Shown: in pieces, positions 38,895 through 48,931 of the stretch
Layout of the letters: every line of letters starts with the position of its first letter
Position numbering within the stretch: position 1 is the first letter of the stretch
NCBI GenBank assembly: GCA_964479945.1
Contig: CAYZNS010000006.1
Span: forward strand, 1,107-65,106
DNA from: an uncultured Candidatus Saccharibacteria bacterium
GTDB lineage: Bacteria; Patescibacteriota; Minisyncoccia; Ryanbacterales; 2-02-FULL-48-12
Direction of reading: 5' to 3'
DNA: 64,000 bases
Notes under the pieces: generated by a model
Told to the model about the DNA's origin: nothing
The model's database searches: none
Seen by the model: only the letters and a program-made list of their open reading frames with translations
Translations under genes and position numbers: made by a program

Positions 38895-39923
38895 TCAAGA
38901 GCCCGACGGCGGTGACGGTGGAGGCGCTGTACTATCAGGTGTTGGTTCCGGCGCTGATGAAGACGGGCAAGGCGCGAATTCGCAGGTTGGTCCCGTGCGC
39001 CCGACTGCCGAGCCATCCGGACATATTTTTGCTTCCTGCGTACATGCCCCATTTGTTACCGGATCTTCTGTGCCACCTCTGACGAGCGGCCGCGGAGGCA
39101 AATTTTTCAGCAATGCCCTGCCTGAAAGCGCGCGCACTTGATTTACCGCAAGAAGCAGCTTCTCGTCCATAACCGGCGTAAGACGTTCATAGACCCCGCC
39201 TAATAATGTCTCTTCATGCCCACGGACCGCGCCTTCCAGATATAAGGCCGGTGACACGCCGTCATTAGAATCCGCGCGCCATTCATGAAGAATCTTCTGG
39301 GTCTCCGACAGATAGGCGCTGTATTCTTCCAGCGCTTCCTCGTTATTTTCATGATCAATGGCAACTTCGCGCACGCGATTCATCCGCCGCCCCAAAGCAT
39401 CCGCGAAAATCATCAATGCTTCATCCGGGTACCGCTTCGCAAAAGAGGAAAGCGTCTGAAGCTGTTGGTTGATGAGAAAAATTTTAGTAAAAAGAATAAA
39501 CCGCTTTTTGTCAGCATCCGTGCGCTCGGAAATATGATCAAGCGCCTGCATGTGATCCGATGCCAGCGTGAGCGCGTCTGACAGCGGCGCCTTGTCCCCC
39601 AGACGCAGCGCCGCCGCATATAAAAACGGCATATCGGCGCGATACTGATCCAACGCTTTTTGCGTGGCGGAAATGCCCCTGCCCGCAAGCTTATCCGCTT
39701 CGGCAAGCCGCTCGGATACATTCGCGGTATAGCGTTCCAGGCGCTTCCTATCCGAGCGCGTAAAAAATAACCGCAGGCGCTCTTCCCAGATGTCAAGAAA
39801 ATACACCGGACTCTCCGGCGTCAATCCCGGGTCCGGTAATATAAATTGCTGGGCGTGTGTAGGAATACCAACCCCGAACAAAAAAACAAAAAGAGCTGCT
39901 GGCGCTAAAAATTTTTGTATCAC
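38895..39923 (-). CDS. hypothetical secreted protein with Pro/Ser-rich C-terminus
   Basis: Signal peptide MIQKFLAPAALFVFLFGVGIPTHAQQ. Confidence 0.5.
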   Translation of the reverse strand: MIQKFLAPAALFVFLFGVGIPTHAQQFILPDPGLTPESPVYFLDIWEERLRLFFTRSDRKRLERYTANVSERLAEADKLAGRGISATQKALDQYRADMPFLYAAALRLGDKAPLSDALTLASDHMQALDHISERTDADKKRFILFTKIFLINQQLQTLSSFAKRYPDEALMIFADALGRRMNRVREVAIDHENNEEALEEYSAYLSETQKILHEWRADSNDGVSPALYLEGAVRGHEETLLGGVYERLTPVMDEKLLLAVNQVRALSGRALLKNLPPRPLVRGGTEDPVTNGACTQEAKICPDGSAVGRTGPTCEFAPCPSSSAPEPTPDSTAPPPSPPSGS

Positions 39924-39963
39924 TCTTTTAGTATATATATTTATTGATAACCTGGGAAGTAAT

Positions 39964-40148
39964 CCTTTAGAAAGTGTTTACAAACCCTTCGTAGCGAAGC
40001 TTTCCTGCTTTGAGCTGATACAAGGAAGGCAAGTAAAACGGCATAAGGCGTAGCAACGCTACGGTGAAATGCTGTTTTACGCAGCCTGACGCCGTAGCAG
40101 CCAAAGCAGGAAAGCTGCAGTAGAAGGGGTTTGTAAACACTTTCTTAT
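39964..40148. repeat. Palindromic repeat family F, long copy (nested inverted repeats, ~185-nt hairpin)
   Basis: Termini TTAGAAAGTGTTTACAAAC/GTTTGTAAACACTTTCTTA. Inner palindrome CGAAGCTTTCCTGCTTTG/CAAAGCAGGAAAGCTG. Confidence 0.65.
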
Positions 40149-40159
40149 AGAACGCACAG

Positions 40160-40300
40160 TATGAAATAGCGCTTACAGTTGTCATTGCGAGGAGCGAAGC
40201 GACGTGGCAATCCCGTCATTTTCAAGCAACTCTCGGGATTGCTTCGTCCCGGTGTAACCGGGGGGACGAAGCAATGACAGAGTACCGAAACTTCTATTTC
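40160..40300. other. Cluster of nested stem-loops (GTCATTGC..GCAATGAC outer; GGCAATCCCG/CGGGATTGC; CTTCGTCCC/GGGACGAAG), candidate structured ncRNA or MITE
   Basis: Complementarity seen directly; no family assigned. Confidence 0.3.
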
Positions 40301-40597
40301 GTTTCCCTATAATTGTCTGGTTTGCAGCATCTTTTTCAGGTGATACAACACCCTTTCAATTGGTATTCCTTGATTTTTAGTCATCATTGACCCGCCCAAC
40401 ATAACAACGGATAGTTATTTCAGTTTTACCACTAATCCTTCATACGGATGAAGTTTTAGTTGGGTCGTCTGAATTTTTTCGCCGCCGCATTTGCCCAGGC
40501 GCGTATTACAAAAGAGTGTTCCTTCTACAGATATATTTGTTGTTTGTTCCAAGCTGGAAAAATATTGAGTATGCTACTATTTTTGTTTTCCATACTT

Positions 40598-43000
40598 TTA
40601 TACTTTATGCCCGCCGAATACGGCGCGGAGCGTTGAAAGAATTTTTCCGGTAAACGAAGGATTGTTTTTTGAACGCAATCGAAAAAGATATGAACCTTTT
40701 ATGATTGGTGCGGAAACGCCTAACTCCTTGGCGGTTTTCACCGTCCATGCGCCTTCACCTGTATGTGCTACTACACCAGATGCTTTTTTTAAATCCTCCC
40801 CGTATTCCTTAAAGCCTTCTTCGAGCCACCCCGTTAGACGCGAGGTAATAATACTATTCTGATTGTACACATTAGCGACATCTTTCAGGCGAAACTTAAT
40901 CGGAGATTTTTTTAGTATCGTAAATCCTTCCGCGAGCGACTGCATCATTCCATACTCAATGCCATTGTGAACCATTTTTGCAAAATGTCCGGCGCCGGAA
41001 CGCCCCATATATCCGGAAGGCGTATCGGACATCGCGTCAAAAATCGGCCTGCTTTTCTCGTATATTTCTTTTTCGCCACCGGCCATGATGGCAAATTTTC
41101 CGAGTTGAATAGAAACAGGCCCGCCGGAAACGCCGACATCAAGAAAATGTATTCCTTTCGCTTTGAGCTTTTTTGCGCGACGGACAGAATCCTTATAGAA
41201 AGAATTGCCTCCGTCAACGACGACATCTCCTCTGTCTAAGACGTATGCGAGGCCTCCTTCCCCAAAAATTACTTCATCCACGGGCTTACCGGCTGGAACC
41301 ATAAGCCATACGGCGCGCGGCGCGTGAATTTTGTCCACGAAATCTTTTAGGGAATATGCGCCGACAACGCCTTCTTTTTCAAGCGCTCTGGTGGGATCGG
41401 ACGTTTTGTTGAATCCAACGACTCTCCATTTTTTTGCGGCTAGACGCCGCGCAAGGTTCCCGCCCATTTTTCCCAAACCAATGATTCCGATTTCTCCGGC
41501 GCCGGTATCAGTTTTTTTATCTTTGGTATCTGTTCCTTCCCTCACAAAAGACGGACGTGGAATTGTGCCGGATTTGTATTCTATCAAAGGAACAAAATTG
41601 CGTTTCCAGCCATTAACAACCGGGTCAGTAAATTTCCATAAGGCCTCTACTTCTCTAGGCGAAACAAAGAAATCCTGCCTGCCCTCCATCGCCGCGAAAA
41701 GAATTTTCGCATATTCTTCCACGTATTGCGCTTTCGCTTCTTTTTCATACAAGAAGAACGAGAATGTTCTTTCTTCTACCACATGCTCAAATCCCGGCTT
41801 TTTCGTCCAGAAATGAATGATTATTTCATCGTTCGGTTCAAGGCGGAACACAATTTTATTCGGTTCATGAGGTCCGGTTTCGCAAAGATGGCAAACCTTT
41901 GGGTGCTTTAAGGTGAGCACTATTTCCTTTCGCGCCTCAGCCATTCGTTTGCCTGCCTCCATATATATCGGAATTCCTTTCCACCGCGCCTGAGCAAGCT
42001 CCGTTTGCAAGGCAAAATACGTTTCCGTCTGCGAATGCGCTTGTACGCCCTTAATGCTGTCATAGCCCGCGTACCGGGCACGATAGGTTCTGTCCTTAAG
42101 AAGCGCGTCATTCCACGGCGCGAGAGATTCAAGAATCACCGCGCGATTCTCTCGTACCGCATCCCCTCCTCCATTGGGATAGTCCATGGTTAATAGAGAA
42201 AGCATTGAAGGAATGTGATTTTGTCCGACGTCGCGCAGCGCTCCGACTGCGTCATAAAAACTCCCCCGATCTTCCACGCCAATCGTCTCGTGCAGGCGGA
42301 TGTCAATGCGGTCAATAGTGGCGTTGTCCCACGTATTTTCGAAAAGATTATTGGAAAATCTGAAATTCTCCATCCCTTGAACAATCTCCTTAAAAAGATA
42401 GTGGTCAATGCGGTATAGCTGTTCTTCTTTGAAATAAAAGGAAAGCAGCACCTGGAGTTTCCGCGCGCTTTCTAAATCCGTGCCAAAAGGTTTTTCAATA
42501 AGCATGCGGCTCCATCCAAGATTTCCCCCGCACGGCAGATTCAGTTTTACCGCCGCAAGGTTTTTAAAGATATCCCCATATGCCGCAGGCGGCACGGCCA
42601 GATAAAAAAGCTTGTTTGCGCAAACGCCCCAAGAACTCTCCATCTTGGTGATTTTTTCTGTAAGCGCGGAAAAGGATTCTTTATTTTCAAATGTTCCCGC
42701 GTGATATGAAAAATGCTCAAAAAAACGAGAAAAATCGCTTTCATTTATCCTGTCGCCGCCGCGCTTATCCACGGAGTCGCGCAGCAGTTTTTTGAACTGT
42801 TCAAGAGAAAGGTCACTCCGCGAAAAGCCGATAACCGAAAAGCGGTCGGGTAGGCGCTTTTGCTGGAACAGGCGCCAAAGCGACGGAAAAATCTTTTTTG
42901 CCGCCAAATCACCGGTTGCCCCTAAAATGACAAGAATGGAGGGTGTATGTACCCCATTAGAAGTTCGCTTTGTAGAATTGTATTCATTATTTTTTGTCAT
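40598..43000 (-). CDS. zwf: Fusion: glucose-6-phosphate dehydrogenase (N-term ~490 aa) + short 6-phosphogluconate dehydrogenase-like domain (C-term ~300 aa)
   Basis: N-terminal G6PD NADP site ILVILGATGDLAAKKIFPSLWRL and ...RIDHYLGKE-like block. C-terminal GIIGLGKMGGNLARRLAAKKWRVVGFN Rossmann plus 6PGDH C-terminal domain. Confidence 0.85.
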   Translation of the reverse strand: MTKNNEYNSTKRTSNGVHTPSILVILGATGDLAAKKIFPSLWRLFQQKRLPDRFSVIGFSRSDLSLEQFKKLLRDSVDKRGGDRINESDFSRFFEHFSYHAGTFENKESFSALTEKITKMESSWGVCANKLFYLAVPPAAYGDIFKNLAAVKLNLPCGGNLGWSRMLIEKPFGTDLESARKLQVLLSFYFKEEQLYRIDHYLFKEIVQGMENFRFSNNLFENTWDNATIDRIDIRLHETIGVEDRGSFYDAVGALRDVGQNHIPSMLSLLTMDYPNGGGDAVRENRAVILESLAPWNDALLKDRTYRARYAGYDSIKGVQAHSQTETYFALQTELAQARWKGIPIYMEAGKRMAEARKEIVLTLKHPKVCHLCETGPHEPNKIVFRLEPNDEIIIHFWTKKPGFEHVVEERTFSFFLYEKEAKAQYVEEYAKILFAAMEGRQDFFVSPREVEALWKFTDPVVNGWKRNFVPLIEYKSGTIPRPSFVREGTDTKDKKTDTGAGEIGIIGLGKMGGNLARRLAAKKWRVVGFNKTSDPTRALEKEGVVGAYSLKDFVDKIHAPRAVWLMVPAGKPVDEVIFGEGGLAYVLDRGDVVVDGGNSFYKDSVRRAKKLKAKGIHFLDVGVSGGPVSIQLGKFAIMAGGEKEIYEKSRPIFDAMSDTPSGYMGRSGAGHFAKMVHNGIEYGMMQSLAEGFTILKKSPIKFRLKDVANVYNQNSIITSRLTGWLEEGFKEYGEDLKKASGVVAHTGEGAWTVKTAKELGVSAPIIKGSYLFRLRSKNNPSFTGKILSTLRAVFGGHKV

Positions 43001-43140
43001 AGTTTGGTTTCAGGACAGACGCCCTATTTAACCAAGCTTCTAACAGGGTTCGTAAACTTATGTATGTACGCGTCGCTTTGCTCAATCGCTTTTAACAGCT
43101 AATCCTGAAGATTCTATCTGTGTTACTATAGTTAAATGAA

Positions 43141-43375
43141 TTACCAAACTGCCCCAAGAGCAAATGGCAACTGGACAAATGGCAACTGGACAAATGGCAA
43201 ATAGCAAATGGGGTCAGTCCCTTTTTTTAAATAAATATCAACATGTGGCCTTTACTTTTAAGGTTAGCATGCGTGTGCCTTTATGAGAATGCGGAATTAT
43301 TAATAAAGCTCTGCAACAGAATTAATGGGGACTGACCCCATTTTCCATTTTCATTTTCATTTTCCATTTTCCCAA
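43141..43375. mobile_element. MITE-like element: tandem CAAATGGCAA(CTGGA) arrays on the left and their inverted complement on the right, flanking ~120 bp AT-rich core
   Basis: caaatggcaaatagcaaatggggtcagtccc ... ggggactgaccccattttccattttcattttc. Confidence 0.5.
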
Positions 43376-43403
43376 AAAAAGCGGCTTTTTTGCAAGAGCT
43401 TCC

Positions 43404-44312
43404 ATGTATTTATTTGCCTCAACGAATACATATGATATTCTATACTACATGAAGCATGCCTCCCAAGAACAATTCGGACCATACACCGCGACGGAAGAAA
43501 ACATGGAAGAACCCTCGAGGCACCAAGGTGTAGAACTCTTAAAACAAACGCCTCCCGGCAATATACCCGGAAGAAAATATGAACGTAGCGATAAAACTCA
43601 TATTCCGATTGATGAAATTGTAACCGCACTCAACAGCGGACCAGACGCGCTTGATCACTCGCTTAGCAAGGCAAGCCATGAGTTTCGGGAAAAAATATCA
43701 TCCACACGCTGGGGTAACAAAGTTTTCCGCTTTTTTGAAAAATGCGCCACCGCCGAAAACCCCGACTGGCCCGTCTACACATTTCAAATTCAACGTGACA
43801 TAAACCAATTAGACAACACCGTAAAAAATCGATTTTCAAGTGTTTTGGCTGAATGGCACGCAGCACAGCTTCTAGAAAGACTGGATAAAAACGTGCAAAG
43901 CGCGCAAGCTCATTATGCGCTTGACGCCGGCGCAGGGGTAGATCTTTTGTTCTACATTCCTGAAGAAAACTCGGAGGGATCTTTTTTTGCAGTCCAGGTG
44001 AAAAAAGATACAACAAGATTAACCCCGAAAGTTGAAAGCATAGAAGAAGCAATCAGCGCTGAAGCTGATGACAGAGTACGGAAGGGATTTGAAAACTGCC
44101 GCATGGCAGCAATCCAAATGGGCAAACAGGCTTCAAAAAAATATATTCCTCTTGTTATGCGCGTACCCACGTACGATAAATTACTTGAACAAAAACTTGT
44201 TGACAACCGAACACTTGCATTTACTAACACACCCGGTGTTGACAAATGGAATGCTGAAATGATATCGTATTTTAGAAATAAAAAATACAAAAAGGAAACG
44301 TATGGAAAATAA
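43404..44312 (+). CDS. hypothetical protein
   Basis: ORF only. Confidence 0.45.
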   Translation: MYLFASTNTYDILYYMKHASQEQFGPYTATEENMEEPSRHQGVELLKQTPPGNIPGRKYERSDKTHIPIDEIVTALNSGPDALDHSLSKASHEFREKISSTRWGNKVFRFFEKCATAENPDWPVYTFQIQRDINQLDNTVKNRFSSVLAEWHAAQLLERLDKNVQSAQAHYALDAGAGVDLLFYIPEENSEGSFFAVQVKKDTTRLTPKVESIEEAISAEADDRVRKGFENCRMAAIQMGKQASKKYIPLVMRVPTYDKLLEQKLVDNRTLAFTNTPGVDKWNAEMISYFRNKKYKKETYGK

Positions 44313-44538
44313 CAAAAGCAAAAAAAGGACGGCCGAAGAACTCTTTGCGCCTTATGCTGACGACAGCGAGAAAATGACTGCAGAAGAAGTGGAGAAATTC
44401 ATGAAAGAGTGGCCGCAGATTATCGAAGAATTAGAAAAAGGTGCGAAAGAATAATCCACCTCCATTCTTCTACCTTCCACAAAAAAACGAAGGCCCGTAG
44501 ATATGCAGGCCTTTTTCTTTTTTACTCAAAAAAAACAG

Positions 44539-45576
44539 CTACCCGAACGTAAACGTGAATACGCGCAAGCCCGCGCTTTTAATTTTAAGCTCCAACACAT
44601 GTTCTCCGGAATCCAACCCTTCAATTACCGTATATAAGCCCTCTTCTAAAATCGTAATATCTTTAACTTTGACATTATTATCCATGAAGATTTCCACATC
44701 AACCGGCGTGTCCGATCCGGCAACCATATAGACATCTTTTGCCCGATACTTAAAAATGATCCCGCTTTCTTTTTTACTCTCGGCATATTCTTCATGTATT
44801 GCCCATAGCCCAGCCAAATATAATGTATTGAGTTGAATACTTTTCGGCGCAATAAATGTTTGTTCTCCGCGCGATAAGGATTTCCCATTACCCAGATATT
44901 CGTTTCGATGCGCCCCAAAATATATTTCCGGACTTGCAGGCGCTTTTGGCGTCTCCGGCATGCGGGAGGCAACAAGCGAACCGTCCCTTTGCGAGCTTGC
45001 CTCGCCCAATACACGCGCACGATCTTCCAAGAGTTCACGTATTTTCATTTCCGTTTCTTGATACGCTCCTTCTCCAATGTGGTCATAGACAATAACACCA
45101 TGTATATCTATGAGATACTTTCGGGGCCAAAAACGGTTGCCGTACGCCCGCCATGTTGCATAATCGTTATCAAGAACAATCGGATGCATAATCCCATAGC
45201 GCCTCATCGCTTTCTGCACGTTGCCGATATCTTTCTCGAACGCAAACTCCGGCGTATGTATGCCGATTATTTCAAGCCCCTGATCACGGTACGCCTCATA
45301 CCAAGCGTTCAAATATGGAAACGTGCGCTGGCAATTGATGCAGCTATAGGTAAGAAAATCCACCAGTATCACTTTTTTTCCAACAAGTTCGCCAATGGTA
45401 ATGGGAGGAGTGTTTACGAAACCTGATGGATTTACAATTTCTTTGTACGGCTCTCCGCTGGTTTCATCTGCCGTTTCCCGGCCGATCATGGAAGTACCGG
45501 GGGAAAAGAAAAGAAACGCAAGTCCTATACCTACAAGCCCCAATACTATACTTCCAATGATATATTCCGTTCTCAT
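44539..45576 (-). CDS. membrane-anchored thiol-disulfide oxidoreductase (TlpA/ResA/DipZ-C-like redoxin)
   Basis: FLTYSCINCQRTFPYLNAWYEAY contains the CxxC motif in a thioredoxin fold. Confidence 0.7.
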   Translation of the reverse strand: MRTEYIIGSIVLGLVGIGLAFLFFSPGTSMIGRETADETSGEPYKEIVNPSGFVNTPPITIGELVGKKVILVDFLTYSCINCQRTFPYLNAWYEAYRDQGLEIIGIHTPEFAFEKDIGNVQKAMRRYGIMHPIVLDNDYATWRAYGNRFWPRKYLIDIHGVIVYDHIGEGAYQETEMKIRELLEDRARVLGEASSQRDGSLVASRMPETPKAPASPEIYFGAHRNEYLGNGKSLSRGEQTFIAPKSIQLNTLYLAGLWAIHEEYAESKKESGIIFKYRAKDVYMVAGSDTPVDVEIFMDNNVKVKDITILEEGLYTVIEGLDSGEHVLELKIKSAGLRVFTFTFG

Positions 45577-45579
45577 GTT

Positions 45580-46305
45580 TTATTCAACTTTTTGCAATAG
45601 AAACAGCTCAATTTTTGTAATATCAAAGTATCCGCTCTCAAGAATGGCGGTTTCGAGTTTTTTCTCGTATCCGGTAGCGACAAATAATCCAAGTACAATG
45701 AACAAGGCGCCAATGCCGCGCTTCAGATAACTGTGCGGATCAGAAACATGCGCTAATTTGTTGGCAAACCGCTGACCGAGAAGCGCGATGAGAAGAAGCA
45801 TCAGCGAAAGGCCCAAAACATAAGCAAGAATATACGCCGTCCCCAATGCAAACGATACGGGAAGTACGGATGCCAGAATAACAAAATATGTCGGCGAGCA
45901 TGTGGAAAACACGGGACCGAGTGCCGCACCTATGAGTATATCGCCAAAAAAACTTTTTCGCTGATATCCTGCGCCGATCAGTTGGTTAGACTGAATGGAT
46001 ACCTTAGAGAGGCCGGGTAATTTTTCCCACAAGATCGGAAACAAAAGCGTGAGGCCGAAAAGAACAAGAATGCCGCCGGAAAGATACATCCAAAATTCCG
46101 GCGGCACCATAATAAGCGCCGCGGATGCCTTAAGAATGTAGGTAAATAAAATAACGGAGAGCGCCAACGACCCCACCACCACATAGGGTGTGTAACGGCT
46201 TCTGCCGGAAGCAGCAGACCCGACAACCACCGGAAGCAGAGGCAGAATGCACGGGGCAAGCACCGTCAATACGCCAGCAATAAATGAAACAATGAGGAGC
46301 GCCAT
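45580..46305 (-). CDS. ccdA: cytochrome c-type biogenesis / disulfide transport membrane protein CcdA (DsbD TM domain)
   Basis: MALLIVSFIAGVLTVLAPCILPLLP and a second conserved Cys; six TM helices. Confidence 0.85.
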   Translation of the reverse strand: MALLIVSFIAGVLTVLAPCILPLLPVVVGSAASGRSRYTPYVVVGSLALSVILFTYILKASAALIMVPPEFWMYLSGGILVLFGLTLLFPILWEKLPGLSKVSIQSNQLIGAGYQRKSFFGDILIGAALGPVFSTCSPTYFVILASVLPVSFALGTAYILAYVLGLSLMLLLIALLGQRFANKLAHVSDPHSYLKRGIGALFIVLGLFVATGYEKKLETAILESGYFDITKIELFLLQKVE

Positions 46306-46306
46306 G

Positions 46307-46843
46307 TTATTGAATATGCGCTATCACATCGCCCAGCGTCGGGGAACTCGACCACTTGGTAATCAAACTGCCGTCGGTATTCACCTGCACAAGCGTGTGC
46401 TGATACGTAACGCCGTATTTCTGCTTTAAAACCGTTGAAGCATCATAATCAACATTCAGTATAGTAACGCCGGCGGGAATGGCATCAAGATTAGCGCGTA
46501 TATTCGCATCCAGCGCGCGGCAGGTAGGACACCACGAAGCGCGGAAAAAGAGCACTACACTGCCATTTTCCGCGCGCGCCAATTTTTCCGCGCTGTATGC
46601 CTCATACGATCCTTTTTGCATCATGGAATCCTCGTTTTCCATCATCATGCCGTCTTCTTTCTTTTCCATCATTGCGCCGTCTTCCCGCATCATGGCGCTG
46701 TCGTCTTTTTCCATCATCGTCTCATCGCCGGAATTCATCATTTCCCCCTCTTTCAAGTCATCTGATGGAGTTTCTTGATTTGAAAGCGCAAACCAACCCG
46801 CCGCAACAATAACTATAAGCCCTATAATTAAAAACTTTATCAT
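46307..46843 (-). CDS. membrane-anchored thioredoxin
   Basis: FFRASWCPTCRA (WCxxC). Confidence 0.7.
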   Translation of the reverse strand: MIKFLIIGLIVIVAAGWFALSNQETPSDDLKEGEMMNSGDETMMEKDDSAMMREDGAMMEKKEDGMMMENEDSMMQKGSYEAYSAEKLARAENGSVVLFFRASWCPTCRALDANIRANLDAIPAGVTILNVDYDASTVLKQKYGVTYQHTLVQVNTDGSLITKWSSSPTLGDVIAHIQ

Positions 46844-47257
46844 AATGATATTTCGTATTGCTTATAACTTTTTTATAACCGCATCTACAATGTCAACTAT
46901 ACTTTACAATATGCTAAAGCAAAATACGAATGCAAAAAGAAAAAGAGCTGGTTAGGCTCTTTATTGTTATAAAAAACATCGGGTGCGCAATCCCAACCAG
47001 AAGCATCTAGAATTCCGGTTGGGTTCACATGCTTTTTCAGTGCCCATGCGTTATAACACGTTCAACTGCATGCGAGGCAATTGCGCTTCACCTCATAACT
47101 CTCAACAATCTCCCACCAAAATCTTCCGTTCTATTTGTGCAACACCGAGTGTTGCACTGTCAAACACTTAGTGTTTGACAGTGTTTGACAAGATCAAAAA
47201 CTTTGATGAGAATTCTTTCTCTTGTATAGCACTGCAAACCGTGATATCCTGCGCACA

Positions 47258-47434
47258 TGCCAACAGTTTCAACAAAAACAAAAAACGTACGGACACCACA
47301 GCCCTTAAAAATGCCAAAGCAGCAATTACCGGAAAGCATGTTAAAAGCGGCAGGTCTTTTACGAAACAAACGAAAAGCGCTTGAACGCCATCTTCAAATA
47401 GTCCGCAAAGAATGGAGTCGCAGTTCCAAGTAAT
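47258..47434 (+). CDS. small antitoxin-like ORF (58 aa) immediately upstream of vapC
   Basis: MPTVSTKTKN...LKAAGLLRNKRKALERHLQIVRKEW. Its stop is 1 nt before the vapC ATG. Below the ORF-track size cutoff. Confidence 0.35.
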
Positions 47435-47806
47435 ATGACAATAGATGCCAATATTGTCATTGCATACCTCGCGGGTGAGCAGTCTGTTACACAAACCATT
47501 ATTTCTTGGCGTACACAAAACACGCCGCTTTTTCTATCTTCTGTAGCAGAATCAGAAGTGTTATCGTTTTCCAAATGGACGGATGAAGAACTTCTTCTTA
47601 CCGAACAATTTCTGCAAGAAAATTTTACAACCATACCCTTTGATAGAACTCTTGCAAGATTTGCCGCCGAAATTCGGCGTACCACAAGAATGAAATTTCC
47701 AGATGCCGCAATCGCAGCAACTGCTGTTTTTACTCACTCTGCCGTTGTTACAAGAAATGTCCGAGACTTCAAACGTATTCAAGGACTTCAAGTTATAACC
47801 ATTTAA
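47435..47806 (+). CDS. vapC: PIN-domain toxin VapC
   Basis: MTIDANIVIAYL...AESE...AAIAATAVF...VTRNVRDF carries the PIN acidic residues. Confidence 0.8.
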   Translation: MTIDANIVIAYLAGEQSVTQTIISWRTQNTPLFLSSVAESEVLSFSKWTDEELLLTEQFLQENFTTIPFDRTLARFAAEIRRTTRMKFPDAAIAATAVFTHSAVVTRNVRDFKRIQGLQVITI

Positions 47807-47807
47807 A

Positions 47808-47905
47808 AGAACTCCCACCAAAATCTTCGCCTCACAAATTGTTCAAAGCTTAGCTTTGAACAATCGAAAACTTTGGTAGGAGTCCGATTATAGTAATCGG
47901 ACACA
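47808..47905. repeat. Repeat family G copy (CTCCCACCAAAATCTTC ... TGTTCAAAGC-TTA-GCTTTGAACA ... GAAAACTTTGGTAGGAGTCCGATT)
   Basis: Shares both ends and a central palindrome with 49738-49838. A partial copy sits at ~47100-47125. Confidence 0.65.
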
Positions 47906-47954
47906 ATTGATCCCGACATTTTTTAACGCGGTTGCCGGTTTCCGCGGTTAAAAG

Positions 47955-48317
47955 TTAATCTCGTTCTAGGAACATTTCATTCTCTAGCTTTGCCCAGAAT
48001 TCCCGCACCTCATCCTCGGAGATGCTTTTCGCACGTCTTACAATCAACCTCCTTTCTTGCACAGTTAATCCTTCCGGGTAGATCCGCATAGCATGCAGAC
48101 CATACCACGGGCCAAACCCCTTCACCTCTATCCCCAGCTTTTCCGCCGCTAACAAACATGCCCCCACCTCTCTCCGGTTCCGCACCCCATCCTCTCCCTC
48201 ATTGTAGGACCGCTTATCGAACACATCATCGGTAATTTTCATATCTCCTCCTTCTTTTCTAGTTAGGAATTTGGATACAACGAGCACATAAATACTCGTC
48301 ATTAAACCACCAATCAT
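47955..48317 (-). CDS. hypothetical protein (GC-rich cassette gene 4)
   Basis: ORF; 4-nt overlap with the upstream gene. Confidence 0.5.
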   Translation of the reverse strand: MIGGLMTSIYVLVVSKFLTRKEGGDMKITDDVFDKRSYNEGEDGVRNRREVGACLLAAEKLGIEVKGFGPWYGLHAMRIYPEGLTVQERRLIVRRAKSISEDEVREFWAKLENEMFLERD

Positions 48318-48859
48318 TCCTCCTTTGCTTTTCTGTTGGCTAACCAGCGTTTTGTCGCCTCCTTCGCTTTTACCTTGTTTTCAGGCTTCGCATGCCACCG
48401 AGCACTTCTGCGTTTCTGGCTCTCCTTCGCCCGCACCTCCCTACACATATCACAGAATTTGCGAGTGGAAGGAACGAGATTCAAGCAAGAAGTAGTGCCA
48501 CAACGACGGAGCACCGGTGGCGGAAGCGGAGGCTGTTCGTTCACCAATTCTCTCCAAATTTTTTTGAAGCCGCGGGCACGCAATGTTTCTAACGCGGCGT
48601 TGGAAATATCTTGTTGAAAATCAATCGGATTTTCCCGGTAGTGGGCGATAACCCACTTGCAGTTACCGGGGTACCGACGACCCGCCGCTTCCACTGCGCG
48701 CCGCCATGAACCAAAAACGCGATGCGCCGCCATTACCACCACATCCCCCAAATGCCTGCGTGCTTCCGTGTAGCGAAGATGCGCATCGGGGATAGACTGT
48801 ATGAACCGAACAACCGTCTGTTCATTCCATCCTTCGAGGGGAACAATCTTTCTTTTCAT
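48314..48859 (-). CDS. hypothetical protein with Cys4 cluster (RCGTTSC...CDMC) and basic C-terminal tail
   Basis: ORF only. Confidence 0.5.
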   Translation of the reverse strand: MKRKIVPLEGWNEQTVVRFIQSIPDAHLRYTEARRHLGDVVVMAAHRVFGSWRRAVEAAGRRYPGNCKWVIAHYRENPIDFQQDISNAALETLRARGFKKIWRELVNEQPPLPPPVLRRCGTTSCLNLVPSTRKFCDMCREVRAKESQKRRSARWHAKPENKVKAKEATKRWLANRKAKEE

Positions 48860-48931
48860 TTCAGAACTCTCCTTTCTTCAAAAAAGAAATCTGGGCTTCG
48901 GTGGGCTTCGTTCCTGACATACTTTCTCTCC

